A stretch of DNA of 64,000 bases from the NCBI GenBank assembly GCA_951406725.2, contig OX597822.1:11036001-11100000 (forward strand), given 5' to 3'. The position numbers and the translations under genes were made by a program. This document shows positions 38,499-53,069 of this stretch, piece after piece. The first letter of the stretch is position 1; every line of letters begins with the position of its first letter. The stretch is from Octopus vulgaris. Taxonomy: Eukaryota. The notes beneath the pieces were generated by a model. It was not told where the DNA came from. It did not search any database and saw only the letters and a list, made by a program, of their open reading frames with translations.

Positions 38499-38512
38499 TG
38501 TGTGTGTGTGTT
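38145..38512. repeat. (TG)n/(TGAG) microsatellite
   Basis: Directly visible. Confidence 0.95.
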
Positions 38513-38860
38513 TGTGCACGCCGTTGCTTACCGCTATTCTGATATGTGTGTCAGTGCTTTGTGTCATTAGAGAGGGCGACAACAGCTGCACATCCATCAG
38601 GGACTCTTGTCATCCCAAGCAGATTCCACCAGTAGAAACGTGTTACCGCACCCACCACTCAACCGGCCAACCACCCTCGGATGTTCCACTCCCTTATTCA
38701 CTGGGATAGTGAGGTGGTGGTGGTGGTGGTGGTGGTGGTGGTGGTGGTTGTGGGTGGGGGGAAGAGTTGGAAAGGGAAGGAAACTCTCATCAATTATAAA
38801 GCAGTACTGAGTCACTCATGAATATCCATGAACCGACCCTCAATGTCTGGTGTGTTTGTT

Positions 38861-38919
<59 letters not shown>

Positions 38920-38970
38920 AATATGTACAAGGATATATGGAGAGCTTTGTAGATAGATCAGAAAATTTTA

Positions 38971-39038
<68 letters not shown>

Positions 39039-39041
39039 TTA

Positions 39042-39078
<37 letters not shown>

Positions 39079-39187
39079 GTATCTATACACACACAACAGA
39101 GTCAGACAGATAGACTGATATAATAATGTATGTAGATATATACAGATATAATACTATATATATGTGTTTCTAAACAGACTACTGCTA

Positions 39188-39675
39188 TATGTGTGTTTGT
39201 TTGTTTGTGCGTACGTACGTACGTATGTATGTATGTATGTATGTATGTATGTATGTATGTATGTACGTACGTATGTATGTATGTATGTATGTATGTATGT
39301 ATGTATGTATGTATGTATGTATGTATGTATGTGTGTGTGTGTCTATGTGTGTGAATACATATATATATGTATATGCGCATACATATCTGTGTAGGTATGT
39401 ACAACCTATGTATGTGCATACGTACGTACGTATGTATATATGTATGTATTATGTAGGCATGTATGTATGTGCGTGCGTACTTATGTATGTATGTATGTAT
39501 GTATGTATGTATGTATGTATGTGTGTATGTATGTATGTATGTATGTATGTATGTATGTATGTATGTATGTATGTATGTGTATGTATGTATGTATGTATGT
39601 ATGTATGTATGTATGTATGTATGTATGTATGTTTGTATGTATGTATATATATATCTATGTATCTATGTATGTATG
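39188..39675. repeat. (TATG)n/(TACG)n microsatellite
   Basis: Directly visible. Confidence 0.95.
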
Positions 39676-40806
39676 CACAGAAACACAGAATTGATGCCAG
39701 TGACTAACAGTAAGGACTGCGTCAGTACATTCTGGAAGACATTATCGGCAATAATATATCGTTGAATTCCTTCCTGAAAGTGGATCCCGAACGAAATGCT
39801 CCAGTTTGGCGCCATACAAGGGATTAACTCTTCAACCCGAATCCGTTCGTGTCTTGTGAACATCATTCCTGCAGATGAACGTTTCCATAAACATATTCAC
39901 AAATTCAAACATTGTCGAGATTCATTGGTTTGATGCAGATTGTATTAACTTCCAGCTTAAAAGACGCACTCCGTGCGCGCTTTTACGATAGCTCCTGCTG
40001 TGGGCTAATTAGGCCTGCGGCCCAAAAGCTGAGGAGAGCGAAATAGCCTGACTATAATACGTCTATAATCAATATATGTCCGATGGTTTTTGATCAGATG
40101 TTAAAGACAGACGAGAATTAATTCTCTATTGCAACCATTCTGTTGCAAGTTGGATTCCAACTGTTGGCCAATTCGTCTCAAAGTTCTATCACGTCGTAAA
40201 ATTAACGAAGCGAATGTCATTTATCTCCCCCTTGATCTCTAACGTCATCTGACAAACGTCAATCAAGATGACGTGAATCAGCCAAGCTTTACCTACCTGC
40301 TAGAAATAGCAATCCGAATGCTTTTAAATCAGACCCCAATGCTGGATGTTCAAGAACTAAATGGAGGGCGAATTTTCAATCCCGGGACCCTGATTCCAAA
40401 AAAGGTATAATATGTCTATGTAAAGCAAATGTAGGTTGAGATATAGGGGGTCCCAGACGGACAGACAGAATTTCACTTTTATTATTACAGATTAGAGTCT
40501 CGACAGCGTCGTTGTGACTTTGAATATCCGATGTTCTAAGCTGGTTGGACTATTGCTCCAAATAGCGGTATTTAGTATCCATCCCTACACCACAATCCAT
40601 TGATTGCAGAGAGGGCAAAAAGCATCCGTTGAAGACAAGACCGAAGTTGGAGATCTTATGTACTTAGAACGCTTTCCATATAACGGCTTGACTTCTCGAA
40701 ACACCACTGGGGATCATGGGTGACAAAGAAAGCATCATCCTTCTATAGAGAGTTTGATTATGAGTTTCTGTTAGAAATCTTTTATTATTGCTGTTACCAG
40801 TAAATA

Positions 40807-41251
40807 GCCTACGGGCATATGGCGTAGCAGTTAAGAGCGCGGGCTACTAAATCCAAGATTCCAAGTGGAGGCGCAATGGCCCAGTGGTTAGGGCAGCGGA
40901 CTCGCAGTCATAGGATCGCGGTTTCGATTCCCAGACCGGGCGTTGTGTGTGTTTATTGAGCGAAAACACCTAAAGCTCCACGAGGCTCCGGCAGGGGATG
41001 GTGGTGATCCCTGCTGTACTCTTTCACCACAACTTTCTCTCACTCTTACTTCCTGTTTCTCTTGTACCTGTATTTCAATGGGCCGCCCTCGTCACTCTCT
41101 GTGTGACGCTGAATATCCCCGAGAACTACGTTAAGGATACACGTGTCTGTGGAGTGCTCAGCCACTTACACGTTAATTTCACGAGCAGGCTGTTCCGTTG
41201 ATTCGGATCAACCGGAACCCTCGTCGTCGTAACCGACGGAGTGCTTCCACC
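40807..41251 (+). mobile_element. Chimeric SINE: extra tRNA-like head fused to family A (tail type 2)
   Basis: TSD ACCAGTAAATA at 40796-40806 and 41252-41262 brackets both parts. Confidence 0.82.
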
Positions 41252-41587
41252 ACCAGTAAATAATTTAGTACATTCAAATGTTTGATCAGTGACGGTCGCT
41301 ATAACTTATCACGCGCATACAGACATCCAGACACTTACATTGAAAAATGAAAATGCGTTTAATTTCAAAAACAGTTTCTTTGTAAGATATTAAAGTGGTC
41401 AGAAGCTGCATCGAAATAATGCTGGTCGCCATTAAGCTTCTGCGTATGACTGTTTCCCGTCAAATATGTCTTTCTACGAATGTATCTCGATATATTCCGA
41501 TGGGCATATAAGCATATATATATAAATATATATACATTTATACACACACACAGAGAGAAACACACACACACACATATATATACATAT

Positions 41588-41658
<71 letters not shown>

Positions 41659-42143
41659 TATATACATATAAATGTATATACATATATGCATGTATATGTA
41701 TATACACGTATCTATATCTATATTAAAGAGTGCATTTCTGCACTAATTGTGAAATCACGTGATTTGCAGCTGAATTCTGTTTTTAAATGGCTAGCTTCGA
41801 GGGTTGCATTCCCTCGCTTTCGGTTCGATGTGTTTATTTATTTTAGTAGTTTTGACTTTAAGAGTCCCTCCTAGCGTGTGGCATTTATGTATAGTAATGC
41901 CCTCTATATAATATGAATATATATATTTAAGAGAAAAAATTAGTGGATTTTTCTCTTATGAGGTTTTTCACGCTAATTACTTGATAAATTCTTATAAACA
42001 TTTTATCCTATATTTAGATTGTAAATTTAACCGGAGTATATTCAGTAATGAATTTTTATTCCGAATACACACGTTTTTACCGAGATGCAGTTCGTAAAAG
42101 CCGGCCATTTACATAGATGTATAAGGGGTGAACATTAGTATAT

Positions 42144-42409
<266 letters not shown>

Positions 42410-42496
42410 TAGTATACATACATACATACATATATATATATATATATGAATGTATGTATGTATATATATGTTAATGTATATGTGTGTGTATGTTAA

Positions 42497-42555
<59 letters not shown>

Positions 42556-42907
42556 TCACATATATGTGTGTGCGCATACATGCACACACTTATGTATCTA
42601 TATATTTGAATATTTATGTCTGTATATCTTAGCGCTTGAGGTTATCCCTCACCTTCGCTTCACATCCTGTGTTGGTTTGTTGATATCCCAGGAAATTAAT
42701 GATTCGGGGAAAAGAAAAACAAAAAAAAGGGTTAAACGGTAGAATAAATTCCATGCTTATGAAAATGAATGAGATCGATTCGCTTGACTAAACTCTTCCA
42801 GGGGTTGCTCCAGCATGGCTGCAATCTAAGGCCTGAAACGAGTAAAAGAACTGATAAAGCATACATTCTATCATACATACTTACGCTTGCATAGACACAT
42901 GCTTAAA

Positions 42908-42945
<38 letters not shown>

Positions 42946-43159
42946 TTATATATATATTTATCTTTTATTAAACTTTTAATACTTTTGATATTTAAAAAAA
43001 TTAATTAATTAATTAATTAATTAATTAATTAAATAATATATACATATAAAAATATACATACATACATATATATATATATTTGTATATATATATATAAAAT
43101 TTATAAGTTTAAATTCTTTAAATAATTTTTTATTTTTAACTTTTATATTTTAAAATTAA

Positions 43160-43225
43160 TTTTATGTATTGGCTTATGTTTTTCACTGTTTGATTTGTCT
43201 AATAGTGGTTTTATCTCTAATTTAA
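43160..43225 (+). repeat. Dispersed AT-rich repeat (reverse complement of 57441-57505)
   Basis: TTTATGTATTGGCTTATG..AATAGTGGTTTTATCTCTAATT matches 57441-57505 on the opposite strand. Confidence 0.75.
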
Positions 43226-43321
43226 TATAATATAATATAATATATTTATACTATAAAGTTGGATTTAATCCTAAATCTAATTTTTCCCTGTAAGTTTGGA
43301 TTTACTCCCTAATATTATTAT

Positions 43322-43376
<55 letters not shown>

Positions 43377-43783
43377 TTAACATATACTATACACACATAC
43401 ATACACTTCGCTGCGTACAAATATATATTACTGCACACACAATTATATAGCAACGAGTACACATGTTTCGTAATGTATTGTATATATGTATGCAAATAGG
43501 TAGATATACGATTTATAATATATGTAAATATACGTGGATAGATTTATATAAGTGTCTAAACTAAGAAATGCAATCACACACGTACACAATCAGGCCTGCA
43601 CGTGAGAGCAAATCACCGACGCTTTTTAACAAACATATGCAGAACCTGGAGGTCGATCTGTGACCAACGATGCGTCAAACTTGTCCGACATAAAATCTGA
43701 ATGATCGTCTGCTTCAGTGAGTCAATTATGACAAACTGTAAGAGCGCGGTTGTGTGTTTGAAAGGCCGCTAACGATCTGGAAG

Positions 43784-43957
43784 TGTATGTATGTATGTAT
43801 GTATGTATGTATGTATGTATGTATGTATGTATGTATGTATGCATGTATGTATGTATGTATGTGTGTATGCATTATGTGTGTGTGTGTATGTATGTATGTA
43901 TGTATGTATGTATGTATATATGTATGTATGTATGTATGTATGTGTGTGTATGCATTA

Positions 43958-43994
<37 letters not shown>

Positions 43995-44067
43995 ATGTAT
44001 GTATGTATGTGTGTGTGTATGTATGTATGTATGTATGTATGTATGTATGTGTATGTATGTATGTATG

Positions 44068-44100
<33 letters not shown>

Positions 44101-44720
44101 GTGTATGTATGTATGTATGTATGTATGTATGTATGTATGTATGTATGTGTGTGTGTATGTATGTATGTATGTATGTGTGTGTGTGTATGTATGTATGTAT
44201 GTATGTATGTATGTGTGTGTGTATGTATGTATGTATGTATGTATGTATGTGTGTGTGTATGTATGTATGTATGTATGTATGTATGTATGTATGTATGTAT
44301 GTATGTATGTATGTATGTATGTATGTATGTATGTATGTGTGTGTATGTATGTATGTATGTATGTATGTATGTATGTGTGTATGTATGTATGTATGTATGT
44401 ATTATGTGTGTGTGTATGTATGTATGTATGTATGTATGTGTGTGTATGTATGTATGTATGTATGTATGTATGTATGTATGTGTGTATGTATGTATGTATG
44501 TATGTATGTATGTATGTATGTATGTATGTATGTATGTATGCATGTATGCATGTATGTGTGTGTACGTATGTATGTATTTATGTATGTATGTATGTATGTA
44601 TGTGTGTGTATGTATTTATATGTATGTTTGTGCCCATCTGTGTGTGTACATATATATATGTGTGTGTGTGTGTTTGTATGTATATATGTATATGTATGTG
44701 TGTATGTGTAAGTGCATTGG
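43784..44720. repeat. Very long (TATG)n/(TG)n microsatellite (about 0.9 kb)
   Basis: Directly visible. Confidence 0.96.
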
Positions 44721-45880
44721 TTATTTCCTTGCTAGCATATATGATACAGATTGATAGATCGATAGATAGATAGATAGATACGTACTTACATACACACATA
44801 CATACATCTATGCATAAATATATACATACGTACGTATATACATGTTTATAAAGCTATATATGTCTTTGCTTGTGTGTGCCTACATTATATGTGTATATGA
44901 ATGTATTCATACAATGCACGAATTCACACACATATATACATATATGCACACATATACACGCATAACCACGCAAATATATGCATACATATGTGTATATAAA
45001 CATATATATATATATGTGTATGTATATGTATGTATGTATTTATGTGTATGTATATATACATATACACGCAGATATACACACACAGAGAGAGCAAGAGAGG
45101 GAGTAAAGAGTGTCACTGTGAGAGACTGACTGTCAGTGTGTGCGTGTTTATACGCATGCGTCTTAGGGTGTGTATGCATGTGTGTGTGTGTGTGTGTGTT
45201 TATTTGTATGTGTATTTACGTGTTTGTTCCAATCTGTGTAATAGATATTGGCAACCAATTCTTCCATATTTCACGCTATGAAACACAGACAAAATCCACC
45301 GCTGAAGCCTATTTAAAATTTAGATTTGTAAGTTGATGTAACAGCTCTATTATTAGAAGACAGGAACCGAAAACATGTGAATAAATACAGAAGAATTGAT
45401 GAAACAGAAACACGTTTAAAATATAACTCTGAGTAGCGTTGACCTCTGTACAGCGGTTCATTTCGTGCGTGAAGTATTTTCAGTTCATTTGCGTTGTTTA
45501 ATACCTTTGGGGGAGAGGCATGACCAACGCGAATTCACATTTATCTCTCCTTAGATAAGAGGGCGTGATGGAAGAATTGCTCAATGGTTATGTTCTAATT
45601 TTCATTCGGTTTTTAAGGACATGAGTTGTATACACAAGCTCATATGTATACATATGTTTTTGTGTATGTGTGTGTGTGTGGGGGAGTGTATCAATGAAAA
45701 TAGCCAGCGAGATCCGTGAAGATAGAGTCCAAAATAGTACGAAGATCCAGTGGTAATGCGGGTGAGGTGCTGGTATGTGGATGACGTGCTGAAGTGTCCT
45801 GAAGTATTTCAGGTACGCAATTCCAAGAGATTGGGAACTTCAATCAGGATCAAGCTAGGGTAACCACGTGAGCGTATAAC

Positions 45881-46275
45881 ATATAGTTCAAATTTATAGA
45901 AAAACAAAAACGAAGACAGGTGTAGGAACAAGCAAGGGTATTGAAAACATAGAGGTCGACTTTGCCTTTCATCCTTTCGGGGTCGATTAAATAAGTACCA
46001 GTTACGCACTGGGGTCGATATAATCTACTTAATCCGTTTTTCTGTCCTTGTTTATCCCCTCTGTGTTTAGCCCCTTGTGGGTAGTAACGAAATAGGTATT
46101 GAAAACAACACGTATTTTTCATTCTCTATATATTTCTTCTTAATCCTTTCTCTCGAAGAGCGTAGGTTTGAAACGTTAAAGACTATCATTTTGCCCGAGT
46201 GTCAAACTAATACATTTTCTTGTTTATACCACACCAGTTTTCGTCTTTGTTTTTTCTATAAATTTCAACTATATA
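45881..46275. mobile_element. Inverted-repeat Penelope-like relic containing a truncated family C SINE (45952-46094)
   Basis: 45881-45942 is the reverse complement of about 46208-46275; SINE flanked by GGTATTGAAAACA duplication. Confidence 0.65.
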
Positions 46276-46282
46276 CATATGT

Positions 46283-46444
46283 AGGCACAAGCATGGCTGT
46301 GTTGTAAGAAGCTTGATTCCAAACCACATGGTTCCGGGTTCAGACCCACTAGGTAGCATCTTGAACAAGTGTCTTCCACTATAGCTTCGGGCCGACCAAT
46401 GCCTTGTGAGTGGATCTGGTAAACGGAAACTGAAAGAAACTCGT

Positions 46445-46447
<3 letters not shown>
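46283..46447 (+). mobile_element. SINE family B head half
   Basis: Homology to family B. Confidence 0.82.
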
Positions 46448-46507
<60 letters not shown>

Positions 46508-46717
46508 TCATTTTCTTTTATTCTTTTCAATCATTAGATTGCGGCCATACTGGGGCAATGCCTTTAAGAATGTGTAACCAGACAGACAGACAGACAGACA
46601 GACAGATGTAGCGCTTGCTTATGGTTTTTACCGAATGTAGTTGAATGAATGCAGTGTGGTTTAAGCCCTGCGAATCTAACGTCTTCTGATTAGAATGAGT
46701 CTGCGTGAATATTATTC

Positions 46718-46915
46718 TCTTGTACTCTAGGCACAAGGCCCGAAATTGTGGGGGACGGGGACATTCGACTGGTACTTAATTACATCTGGTACTTAATTTA
46801 TCGACCCGGATATGATGGAAGTCAAAGTCAACCTCGGCGGAATTTGAACTCAGAACATAAAGACAGACGAAATGCCGCTAAGCATTTCGCCCCTTCGTGC
46901 TAACATTTCTGCTAG
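46718..46915 (-). mobile_element. SINE family C
   Basis: Family C body and ATT-type tail. Confidence 0.8.
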
Positions 46916-47023
46916 CACTCTGCGTTTCAAGATGAATATTATCAAGAAAATATAAAGCGAAGTTGACCGCCCTGCAACATTTATTTCCGACCTTAAAATG
47001 AAATGCAAGGCATAACAAGTAAA

Positions 47024-47402
47024 GTGGAGGCGCAATGGCCCAGTGGTTAGGGCAGCGGACTCGCGGTCGTAGGATCGCGGTTTCGATTCCCAGACCGGGC
47101 GTTGTGAGTGTTTATTGAGCGAAAACACCTAAAAAAAAGCTCCACGAGGCTCCGGCAGGGGATGGTGGTGATCCCTGCTGTACTCTTTCACCACAACTTT
47201 CTCTCACTCTTACTTCCTGTTTCTGTTGTATCTGTATTTCAAAGGGCCGGCCTTGTCACACGCGGAATATCCCCGAGAACTACGTTAAGGGTACACGTGT
47301 CTGTGGAGTGCTCAGCCACTTACACGTTAATTTCACGAGCAGGCTGTTCCGTTGATCGGATCAACCGGAACCCTCGTCGTCGTAACCGACGGAGTGCTTC
47401 CC
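47024..47402 (+). mobile_element. SINE family A, tail type 2
   Basis: 13-bp TSD CATAACAAGTAAA at 47011-47023 and 47403-47415. Confidence 0.93.
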
Positions 47403-47851
47403 CATAACAAGTAAAACTCTGTTAAAAACATTACATGGTTTCAAAATGTTTCTTGGGGTTGAAGATAAATGTTAGATAAAGCGCAAATCATAGCATCAAA
47501 GATTTTGGTTACAAATCTCTTCTTGCTGAAGCTGCGAAGTCGTATACACTGCTTTCATGTCGAAGATCAAAGCTTGCTCGTAACAAACTCGACTCTCTAA
47601 GGAATTCAAGAGAAAAAAAACCTCCTTTAAATAGCTGATGTTGGGACGCTTGTCTAATCTGTCACGTTAAGGGGTGAACAGTCCGCGTAAAGTTAAATGG
47701 ACTTGACTCATGTGATGAACCTAAAAGTAAAAGGCAAAATGCGGATATCTAAAGGTAAAGAGAGATCGTGCTTCCGTTACAGTTTTAAGTTTCGACTCTT
47801 GGGGTATATTGGAACTGTTTGAGTATGATAAAAGAACTACAGTTATATATA

Positions 47852-47920
47852 TTTCTTTACTACCCACAAGGGGCTAAACACAGAGGGGACAAACTAGGAC
47901 AGACAAACGGATTAAGTCGG
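47852..47920 (-). mobile_element. Severely 5'-truncated family C SINE (tail only)
   Basis: Tail sequence with GTTATATATAT duplicated on both sides. Confidence 0.8.
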
Positions 47921-48176
47921 TTATATATATATAATAAGAATAAATCGATGTTTTAAGTATGATAACTTGACTATGTTAGATAGTAGAGCTATAACCTAAC
48001 ACCTGGATGTAAAGTAAATGGGAAATTATTTGTGATTCTCGTGTGATGTGTGGTATATTGTGCCCCCCCCTGTATTTGATAGGAAGAGATGGCAGACACT
48101 ATGTGTTGTGTATAGCCGTAGTGTGATAAATATCTATTGTTTTTCGGTCCCAGATACTTCCTTAAATGGACGCACG

Positions 48177-48247
<71 letters not shown>

Positions 48248-49099
48248 ACACACATACACACACACACTTTGCACAACACAAGACTAAAATATATATAAAT
48301 ACTAGAAGCTTCCTGTAAGTTTGATAAGACTGTAAGCGGATTATTTGCATACTATTGATGTGTGGAGAAAAATAAGAACGGTAGTCTCCTGACGGACCGT
48401 TTCAAAGTTTGTTCACTACCCATAAAAGTAAAAGTACCTGGTTTCCTTTCCCAATGAATAATAAATCATATATTAGAAACATCAGTCATACGTTTGACGA
48501 GTAAATAAATGGGAATCCTAATTTTCATTATTGTCCTTTGGACGGCTCTTCATTCATTAAACAATAGGTCTTTTTCCCGCTCATCAATAGTATAAAAAGT
48601 CTGCATTCTTTTTACAATCGTAGTCTGGATTTCTAATATTCAAATTTATTCTAGTCTACTTTTTTATATTTGCGCTGAGTTGTGTATTAAATATTTTATA
48701 TTAATGAAGAACAATCCAATTCTAGTCATCCACTATAATGCTAGCTTAATTTATGACTGTTTTATATTGAAGATGTAATGTGCTAATGATTAGGGAATGA
48801 AGGTGAGTACGCTGCGCTGGGGAGCAGTCAACAAACCGTGAAACGCTCAGTCACTATACATACATACATACATACTTATCTACGATGGCATTGTGGTATA
48901 AGATAAAGAACAACTGTGAAACATTTTATAAAATGATTGGAGGATTAGGGCGCTGTGTGGATTAATCAGTAACACCTTACTGTCTGAAATGTGATGAATA
49001 CGAAGTTCAAATATCCTGCAAGCGTATATTTTCTGTTACTGTTAGGGAATATCTAGAATTTATGTTTAAATCTTAACCGTTAATATTCTGAAAACATCA

Positions 49100-49280
49100 G
49101 GTGGCGAGCTGGCAGACTCGTTAGCCCGCCGGGCAAAATGCTTAGCAGCATTTCGTCCGTCTTTGCGTTCTGAGTTCAAATTCCTTTCAGGATCGATAAA
49201 ATAAGTACCAGTCAAGCACTCGGTCGATGTACTCAACTTACCCCTTACCCCAAAATTGTTGGTCTTGTACCAAAATGAGA
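49100..49280 (+). mobile_element. SINE family C, internally deleted
   Basis: GGTGGCGAGCTGGCAGA head and AAGTACCAG block. Confidence 0.8.
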
Positions 49281-49819
49281 GCCCTTCTAGATATCAATGA
49301 GACTAAGAAGGTGCTGCTCTATGGCCGTTTGATCTGTTACAAGTGGCAGCTAAATGCCCCTCAAATCATATTCAACCATTTTTTTAAATGACGAAACGCA
49401 TTGGATAAAAATTGAAGAGTCGTGGTTGTTGCGATGCCATTTCATCTAAGGTTTATTCTATCTGTGTAGCAATTGTTCTTAACTGGGGTCTATGCGGCCC
49501 CTTAGGGTCCATATAAAACTAACACAAAGAAAACTGCAGTAATGAATCAACCCCCACAACGGAAGGCCCCTACTGTTCCTCAAATATATGTGAAGGATAA
49601 GAGGTTAGCTGTTGTCGAATCCTTTAAATACATCGGCAGCATGGTTAACTTTGAACAGAGAAGCTGCGTTTCGCATTCAAAAAAAGCAGCAAAGTTTTTG
49701 ATTCTCTAAAAGAATCGTCTGTAATTACAACGAAATATTAAGGTCGGTACAAAAATGTTGGTTTATCGTGCATTTTTTATTGTGCATCCTTCCTTATTCG
49801 GCGGAAACATGGACTGTTG

Positions 49820-50080
49820 ACAAAAGTGGTTCTCAACCGGATCCATATAAAATTGGGGTGGGGGGCAGGTCATGCAACAAAATATTAAATTGGGGACCTA
49901 CAATAGTATTTTAAGGGCTCCTGAAAAAATTTTGCTTTAGATGTATTGGTATGTATTGTAAGAAAGAGTTCAGTTTCTTTCTCTAGCATTTTACATCGTT
50001 CAACCTACACGAATTAATGGGTGAAAAACAAAATAGGAATCTTGAAGGAAACTTCTATAAAACTAGTTTTTAAACATCGT
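49820..50080 (+). mobile_element. Possible hAT-derived MITE relic
   Basis: AGTGGTTCTCAACC resembles a hAT/Charlie TIR; similar degenerate start at about 49468. Confidence 0.35.
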
Positions 50081-50481
50081 GTAGACCTCGGTAAAATGTG
50101 ATCATGAGAATGACAACTACCGTCACCACCGCCAACGACAACGACAAACCCGTCGTCGTACTTTCTGGAAGACTGTCTCAAACAACACTTCGATGCACTG
50201 AGAATATTGACTTTTAATCCGGAATCATCACAAACATGGGTGTTCAGTAAACTAAAATCATTACACATGATCTGATATTACCACTATCCATACTGATGCA
50301 TAAAACATTTATAATATATACACGTAATATATGCACATAATGTATGGACATAATCAAATATACAATACGTATCATTATTGTTCTGTAGCTGGTGTTTTGA
50401 ACACGGTTCTGTGCATGGCTAATGTTGAGATTATGTTGATACGCTATACGACTAGTGGTAGCTGTTACTATCGTTGTTGGT

Positions 50482-50885
50482 TCTTTTCTATTACTTGTTT
50501 CAGTCATTTGACTGCGACCATGCTGGAGCACCGCCTTTTAGTCGAGCAAATCGACCCCGGGACTTATTTTTTGTAAGCCCAGTACTTATTCTATCGGTTT
50601 CTTTTTGCCGAACCGCTAAGTGACGGGGACGTAAACACACCAGCATCGGTTGTCGAGCAATGCTAGAAGGACAAACACAGACACACAAACATACACACAC
50701 ACATACATATATACTTATATACGACGGGCTTCTTTCAGTTTCCGTCTGCCAAATCCACTCACAAGGCATTGGTTGGCCCGAGGCTATAGTAGAAGACACT
50801 TGCCCAAGATGCCACGCAGTGGGACTGAACCCGGAACCATGTGGTTGGTTAGCAAGCTACTTACCACACAGCCACTCCTGCGCCT
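50482..50885 (-). mobile_element. SINE family B, full length
   Basis: Near-identical to 645-1052. Confidence 0.9.
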
Positions 50886-51970
50886 GTTGTTGTTTCACAT
50901 AAGGTCAACTCTTATCGAGCAGATCTGTGATATAAAAGCGTTCCAACTGTGACCATTGCGTGTTGATGTATACCTGAAACTATAGGCAGGCCTATGATTA
51001 ACGACGTTCTAATCGTGGCCATTTTGTGCTTTTGTCTACTTACGACTATTCTAGTTTCAAAGTTTGGCACAAGGCCAGCAATTTTAGGAGATGAAAAAGT
51101 CGATGTAATTCACTCCAGTGTTCAACTGGTACTTATTTTACGAACCACAAAGGAATAAAGTGTAAAGTCGGCTTCAGCGAAATTAGAACTCAGAGTGTAA
51201 AAAGCTATGCCTGCTAACGATTCTGTCAGATCGTCGCCTTTATATCTATCTTCAGTGATATTGCTCTAAACGAGCAAAGGCGTTCCAATTGTGACCATTC
51301 TGTGTTTTCGTACATCTACAGCTGTGATCATTTCGTTGTTTTATAAGCCTATAACCATATTATCCATTCGGCAGAATGGGATTTGAGAGAGGTTTACCTT
51401 ACGTTGCAAGATATTTGAACAACCGCATAGATATTCCCCTGTTCAATTGATAAAGAAATTTATCAAATAATTTAGTATTTAGACTTGTTGATGGTGGTTT
51501 ACCAGAATCGGTGAAGAAACTGGAAAATGACTTTCTAATATTTGATCATGTTCCATCATGGTTAAACCTTGTCTAGGTGACTTAGCTACTCATAACAAAT
51601 TGATAAAATAATTGAAGAAACGTAAAGAATATTTGGCGTCAGAATATTTGGCTGTGACCATGCTAGAGCTATTATGCGGCCATGCTGCAGTCATACTCTG
51701 GCACTGTCTTCAATTGATCAACTCGAACGACCCCAGGATGACATAAAAAATATTCCTTGAAGTGATGGAAGAACTCATCATAAACATCATTACTGTCATC
51801 ATCAACAACGTCAAATTCAACATGATCGCTATCATCATCACCCTCATCATCAATACCACCAGAATGGTGTTTCTCTTCCTCGTTATCATGATGATGATGA
51901 TGACGATGATGATGATGATCATCATCATCGCCGTCGTCGTCGTCATCGTTTTCATCCTAATTCTCATCAC

Positions 51971-52002
<32 letters not shown>

Positions 52003-52212
52003 CCATCACCATCCTCATCATCTTCCTGTACATCTTATCATCATTATCATTATCTTCCTCGTCATCGTCCTCCTCATCCTTCTCCACCTCCTCTTCCTCC
52101 TCATCACTACCACCAACGACATAACATCAGCAGCAGTAGTAGTATCACTACCATCGTAATCATCTTGTATAATATACACATATATACATACATACATACA
52201 TATATACATACA

Positions 52213-52251
<39 letters not shown>

Positions 52252-52290
52252 ATGGATGAAGGTATATGTATTTGTATCTCTGTCGCTTTG

Positions 52291-52321
<31 letters not shown>

Positions 52322-52322
52322 G

Positions 52323-52361
<39 letters not shown>

Positions 52362-52416
52362 GTATATGTATGTGTGTATGTATATGTATATAACATATAT
52401 ACATACATATATATAC

Positions 52417-52499
<83 letters not shown>

Positions 52500-53028
52500 C
52501 ACATACATGTATATATGCACGCGCGCGCGCGCATATAATGCAATGCTAGTTGGCAGTGCTGCCTTAATTGTGATATTTATACATTTCACACACGTCTCTG
52601 TCCAGTAAATGTAATACGTGTGCAGAGTAGAGAATTATTCAGTTTGGTCTCCCTTAATATTGCAGTGAGGGGGAGACTGTACGGAGTGGTTCTGTTGTTG
52701 TTTTTGTTGTCGTTGTTGTTTTTATTGTTTGTTTTTGCTGTCGTTGTTGTTGTTGTTGTTGTTTTTGTTGTTGTTGTTTTCGTTTTTGTTGTTGTTGTTG
52801 TTGCTACAGTGATGGAGATTGGAGAGAGTCTGGTCGGTGGTGTTCTTGCTACCCATATTGTTCCTGTGGTTGTTGTTGTTATTGTTATTGCCATAAGGAA
52901 GTGATTGGAGAAAGTCTGATTGTTGTTGTTGTAGTTGCTGTAGTTGTTGCTGTCGTTGTTGTTGCTGTTGTTGCAAAGAGGGAGACTGAAAAGAGTCTGG
53001 TTTGTTGTTGTTATTGTTACTGTCGTTA

Positions 53029-53069
<41 letters not shown>

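Noticed and set aside
43754-44773. ORFs over 300 aa of MYVC repeats (and similar YI/HT/CV ORFs across the window)
   Set aside because: Stop-free frames of (TATG)n, (TA)n and (TG)n microsatellites
45757-45865. Peptide RCWYVDDVL resembling an RT YxDD motif
   Set aside because: Short frame with no other RT motifs; likely chance
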